Below are positions 59,977-64,000 of a stretch of 64,000 nucleotides of DNA, piece after piece. The stretch lies in contig CAVZLN010000004.1 in the NCBI GenBank assembly GCA_963776245.1, forward strand, positions 256,001-320,000. The letters run 5' to 3'. The first letter of the stretch is position 1. Each line of letters starts with the position of its first letter. Source of the stretch: Candidatus Eiseniibacteriota bacterium (GTDB lineage Bacteria > Eisenbacteria > RBG-16-71-46). The translations under genes were made by a program, and so were the position numbers. The notes below the pieces were generated by a model. The model was not told the DNA's origin and did no database searches. It saw only the letters and a program-made list of their open reading frames with translations.

Positions 59977-62285
59977 ATGCTGCTGACCCCCGGCACCCGT
60001 CTCGGCCCCTACGAGATCGTCGCCCCGCTCGGCGCGGGCGGCATGGGCGAGGTCTATCGCGCGCGCGACCCGCGGCTCGGGCGCGACGTGGCGATCAAGG
60101 TGCTGCCGGAGTCGCTCGCGGGCGACGCCGGACCGGCTCGCGCGGCTCGAGCGCGAGGCCCGGACGGTCGCGGGGCTCAATCATCCGAACATCGTGGTGC
60201 TCTACTCGGTGGAGGAGGAGCGCGGCGTCCGGTTCCTCACCATGGAGCTGGTGGAGGGCAGAGGATCTCGGCCAGCTGGTGCGGCCGGGCGGGCTGCCGC
60301 TGGCGCGCGTTCTCGATCTCGCGATCCCGCTGGCCGACGCGCTGGCGGCGGCCCACGAGCGCGGGGTGGTGCACCGCGACCTGAAGCCCGCGAACGTGAT
60401 GGTGACGCGCGAGGGGCGGGTGAAGGTGCTCGACTTCGGACTGGCGAAGTCGGCCGCCCTGGAACCGCCGCTCGACGCCACCCGCGCGCCAGACCGCCAC
60501 GTCCGCCGACTCTCGACCGCCGGGGCAGGTGGTCGGCACGGTGCCGTACATGGCGCCGGAGCAGATCCGGGGCGAGCCGGTCGATGCGCGCACCGACCTG
60601 TTCGCGTTCGGGATCCTCCTGTACGAGCTGGTCACGGGGCGGCGGCCGTTCCGCGGGGCCACGGTCGCGGACCTGATCGCCTCGATCCTGCGCGACGCAC
60701 CGCCGCTCGGTGCACGCGCTCCGCGCCGACCTGCCGCCGGACATCGACCGGATCATCAGCCGGTGCCTCGAGAAGGATCCCGAGCGGCGCGCGCAGACCG
60801 CGAAGGACGTGCGGAACGAGCTGGAGCTGGTGCGCCGCGCCGAGGGATCCGGCGCTTCGGGGGCTCCCCGGCACGGCGCGCCGGACACCGCTTCCGCGCC
60901 GGACGTTCCGTCGGTCGCCGTGCTGCCGTTCGCGAACCGCGGGCGCGACGAGGACGACGAGTACTTCGCGGACGGGATCACCGAGGACGTGATCGCCCAG
61001 CTCTGCAAGGTGCGCACGCTCAAGGTGATCTCACGCATGTCCGTGATGCCGTTCAAGAAGCGCGACGAGAGCCTGCAGGAGATCGCGTCGCGGCTCCAGG
61101 TCGCGAACGTGCTCGAGGGGAGCGTCCGCCGGCTCGGGGACCGCGTGCGGATCGTCGCGCAGCTCATCGACGCGGCCTCGGGCCGGCACCTCTGGGCGGA
61201 GACCTACGACCGGCAGCTCACGGACATCTTCGCGATCCAGACCGACGTGGCGCTGCACATCGCGGACGCGCTCAAGGCGGAGCTCTCGCCCAACGAGCGG
61301 GAGCGCATCCGCCGCGAGCCGACCCGCGACGTCGCAGGCCTACGAGCACTACCTGCGCGGCCGGCATCGCCTGGTCCGCTTCACGGTCGAGGACATGCCA
61401 CAGGAGCATCGAGCACTTCGACCGGGCGATCGAGCGCGACCCCGACTTCGCCCTGGCCCACGTCGGGCTCGCCATGGCGTACACGGAGCTCGGCGAGAAC
61501 GGGGCGCTGAGCCGCGACGCAGGCCGGTGCCCGGGCGATGTCGGCCGCGATCCGAAGGCCGTCGCGCTCGATCCCGAACTCGGGCGAGGCGCACTGCGCG
61601 CTCGCGTACGCCCGCCTGGTGTACGAGTTCGACTGGGCGGGCGCCGAGGCGGGGTTCAGGCGCGCGCTCGAACTGAGCCCGAGCAGCGCGGACACGTACG
61701 ATCTCTATGGACGCATGTGCGCCGGCCTCCAGCGGTTCGACGAGGCGATCACGCTGCACGAGCGCGCCCACGAGCTGGATCCGCTCACGCACCGGGCGGA
61801 TCTCGCCACCACGCTGCTGCGGGCGGGACGCATCGAGGACGCCGAGCGGGCGGCCGTCGACGCCCTCCGGCACGAGCCGCACTGACGCGCGCCTGCACGC
61901 GACGCTCGGGTGGGCGCTCTTCAGGCAGGGGCGCGTGGAGGAGGGGATCGCCGAGCTGCGAGCGCGCCGTCGACGCTGACGCCCACCGAAGACTCGTGGC
62001 GGGCTCAACTCGGTCAGGCGTACGCCCTTGCGGGTGATCACGAGAAAGCGCGCGAAGTGCTCCGGGCGCTCGAGGACCCGTCGCGGCCGGCTCCCGCCTC
62101 GGCCTACCATCTGGCCTACGTCCACACCGGCCTCGGCGATCAGGAACCGTGCGATGGACTGCCTCGAGCGTGCGTTCGAGATCGGCAGCGGCGCGGTGTA
62201 CGGGATCAGGGGGTCGTTCCTGCTGGCACCGCTGCGGCAGCATCCGCGCTTCGTCGCGCTTCTGGAGCGGATGCGCCTGGCCTGA
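59977..62285 (+). CDS. Ser/Thr kinase with TolB_N-like domain and TPRs, many frameshifts
   Basis: [39 protein letters not shown]...[18 protein letters not shown], TPRs, PLRQHPRF; spread over many frames. Confidence 0.85.
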
Positions 62286-62975
62286 ACCGCGGGCCGTGGC
62301 ACCGCTCCTCGGCCCGCCGCACGCTCCAGCCGGAACCTTCGGACGCGAGTGCCGCGGCGAATCCCGGGATGCCGTCGAGGTCGCGAACCGTGTGTCGGGC
62401 GACGGCCTCCGGCAGGGGGGGGGACACGATGCCGTGGCCGGCGGCCTTCGCGAGCGCCTCGCGCCGCACCCAGCACCGGAAGAACGCCCCGCCCGGATCG
62501 CTCTCGGCGTGCGCCGCCATCTCCGCGCGCTCGGCCCGGCCGAAGACATCCCGCGAGATGCCCTCCCCATCCACGCTGGGTCGCAGCTCCTCCACGTCGA
62601 CACCCACCTCGTGGCCGAGCCGGACGGCGACGAGCGCGATCCCTCCGGAGTGGGAGAGGTTGAACCGCAGCTCGTCCCACCGCGCCCTGAGCGAGCCGCG
62701 GCTTGCCGTTCGTATCGGTCCCGAGCGCCACCTCCTCTGGCGCGAGCCCGAGGTAGCGGCCGAGGATGCGACGGAGCGCGGCCCGCGCCGCCACCCAGGT
62801 CACGGCCCCCAGGCGCAGCCGCGCGGCGTGCTCGCGTTCCGGACCGCTGAGCGTGTGGAATGCCAGCTTCGCTCGGGCGCGGATCGAGCGCCACCTCCCA
62901 GACATCCACCCGCGTGGTGGAGGCGCGCTCCCGTGCCACGCCCGCGGACTCGAGGACCGGGAACGCCGCGCTCAC
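62206..62975 (-). CDS. Sfp-type 4'-phosphopantetheinyl transferase, frameshifted (3' end uncertain)
   Basis: LSGPERE, RAALRRILGRYL, NGKPRL, RFNLSHS, VGVDVE, FFRCWVRREALAKA; GTGA overlap with the upstream gene. Confidence 0.85.
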
Positions 62976-64000
62976 GGGGCGACCCCCGCCCGCGAGGGCC
63001 GGGTGGGGCAGCCCACGTAGCGCCTCCCCGGCAGCAGCATCTCGCGCTTCATCACCACGCTGTTCGCGGCCACCTCGGCGCGTTCGCCGATGTCGGCGCC
63101 GTAGAGCAGTACGGCGCCGCGGCCCACGTCGGCGCCCGGCGCCGATCCTGCACCGGTGCGAGCTTCAGCACGCGATCCTCGAAGCTGTGCGACTGCAGGT
63201 GGCACGACACGGTCGCGCCGTCGCCGATCTCGAGCATGTCGGGATCCACCGACCTGCAGGAACGAGCTGCCGAACACCACGCCGCGTCCGATGCGGCAAC
63301 CCATGGCGCGCAGCCACCACGCCACGAACGGCGTGCCCTCGAACGCCAGCAGGACCGGCACGGCGTAGGCGGCCCACACCTCGAAGAGGATGTCCCAGCG
63401 GCAGCACCAGCACGACCAGAGCGCGTGCCGGCCCTCGCGGATCGGGACCGAGCACCAGCCACTTGGTCAGCAGCGCGAGGGCGCACAGCAGCGCGCCGAG
63501 CGCCACCACCGACAGCGGGCAGGGTGACGAGGAAGAACTCCGGGGCCGACTGGGCCGCGCGCCACGCCGGGACGGCGCGGAACCACGCCCAGCGCCAGCG
63601 CGAGCGGCACCAGCGGCAGCACCAGTCGCGCGGACTCGAACACCACGCGCGTGAGCATCCGGTCCCAGCCCGGGTCGTGCGTCAGTCGCTCGCTCGCTGA
63701 CCGCGACCTCGCGCCGCGGCAGCTCGAGCGGCGGCTGGCCGAACCACGACGTGCCCCGCGCGGATGGCCGCGGGGTCGGCGACCGTGCAGATGCCGAGCA
63801 GGATGTCGGGCGGCAGCGATGCGCCGGCCGGGACGACCACGTGGTTGCCGAGGAAGGTGTTCCGCGAGAGCCGCGTGCGCCGGCAGTCGGCGAACCCGCG
63901 GTGCAGCCGCGGCCGGCCGAGGTAGATGCCGTCGGCGAGGAAGCACTCGTCGCCGATCTCGAGCAGCTCGGGGACGGTCTCCATCACGGTGCTGATCTCG
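62972..64000 (-). CDS. C-terminus of a Pls/PosA-like (poly-amino-acid synthetase type) NRPS-like membrane protein; 5' part outside the window; frameshifted
   Basis: PELLEIGDECFLADG, NTFLGN, KWLVLG, GTPF..WWLRAMGCRIG, DMLEIGD, LQSHSFEDRVLK, SVVMK.E; hexapeptide-like repeats alternate with TM pairs. Confidence 0.8.

Noticed and set aside
56041..64000. Programmed frameshifting or phase variation
   Set aside because: Shifts are numerous, affect unrelated genes on both strands, and those inspected are not at slippery or simple-repeat tracts

Overview
Very GC-rich bacterial chromosome segment with no phage, integrase, transposase or CRISPR array seen. T9SS/FlgD-type C-terminal tails, several Hanks-type kinases and a DUF6588-like barrel suggest a high-GC FCB-group lineage such as Ca. 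Eisenbacteria (inference only). 1-25 kb is mostly housekeeping: a partial homocysteine methyltransferase, an S55 protease / beta-propeller / M28 / PPC operon, cyclophilin, pgeF, a giant PPIase, mutL-miaA, tRNA-Gly-der-plsY-gpsA-merR, and tRNA-Pro-GT2-surE-pcm-tRNA-Pro-acyP-rpoS-like-apt. 25-44 kb holds peptidases, an FHA-GAF-PP2C phosphatase, dut, a fatty acyl-CoA ligase, AmpG and two Ser/Thr kinases. 44-56 kb is a cluster of mostly uncharacterised exported proteins. It includes divergent sigma54-type promoters flanking two hairpins with complementary loops, and two adjacent genes carrying four copies of an aromatic-rich ~98-aa module I do not recognise. From ~56.6 kb to the end every gene (MacAB-like exporter, a third kinase, Sfp PPTase, Pls/PosA-like synthetase C-terminus) is frameshifted, most likely by sequencing errors. 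All calls come from reading motifs by eye; no searches were run.
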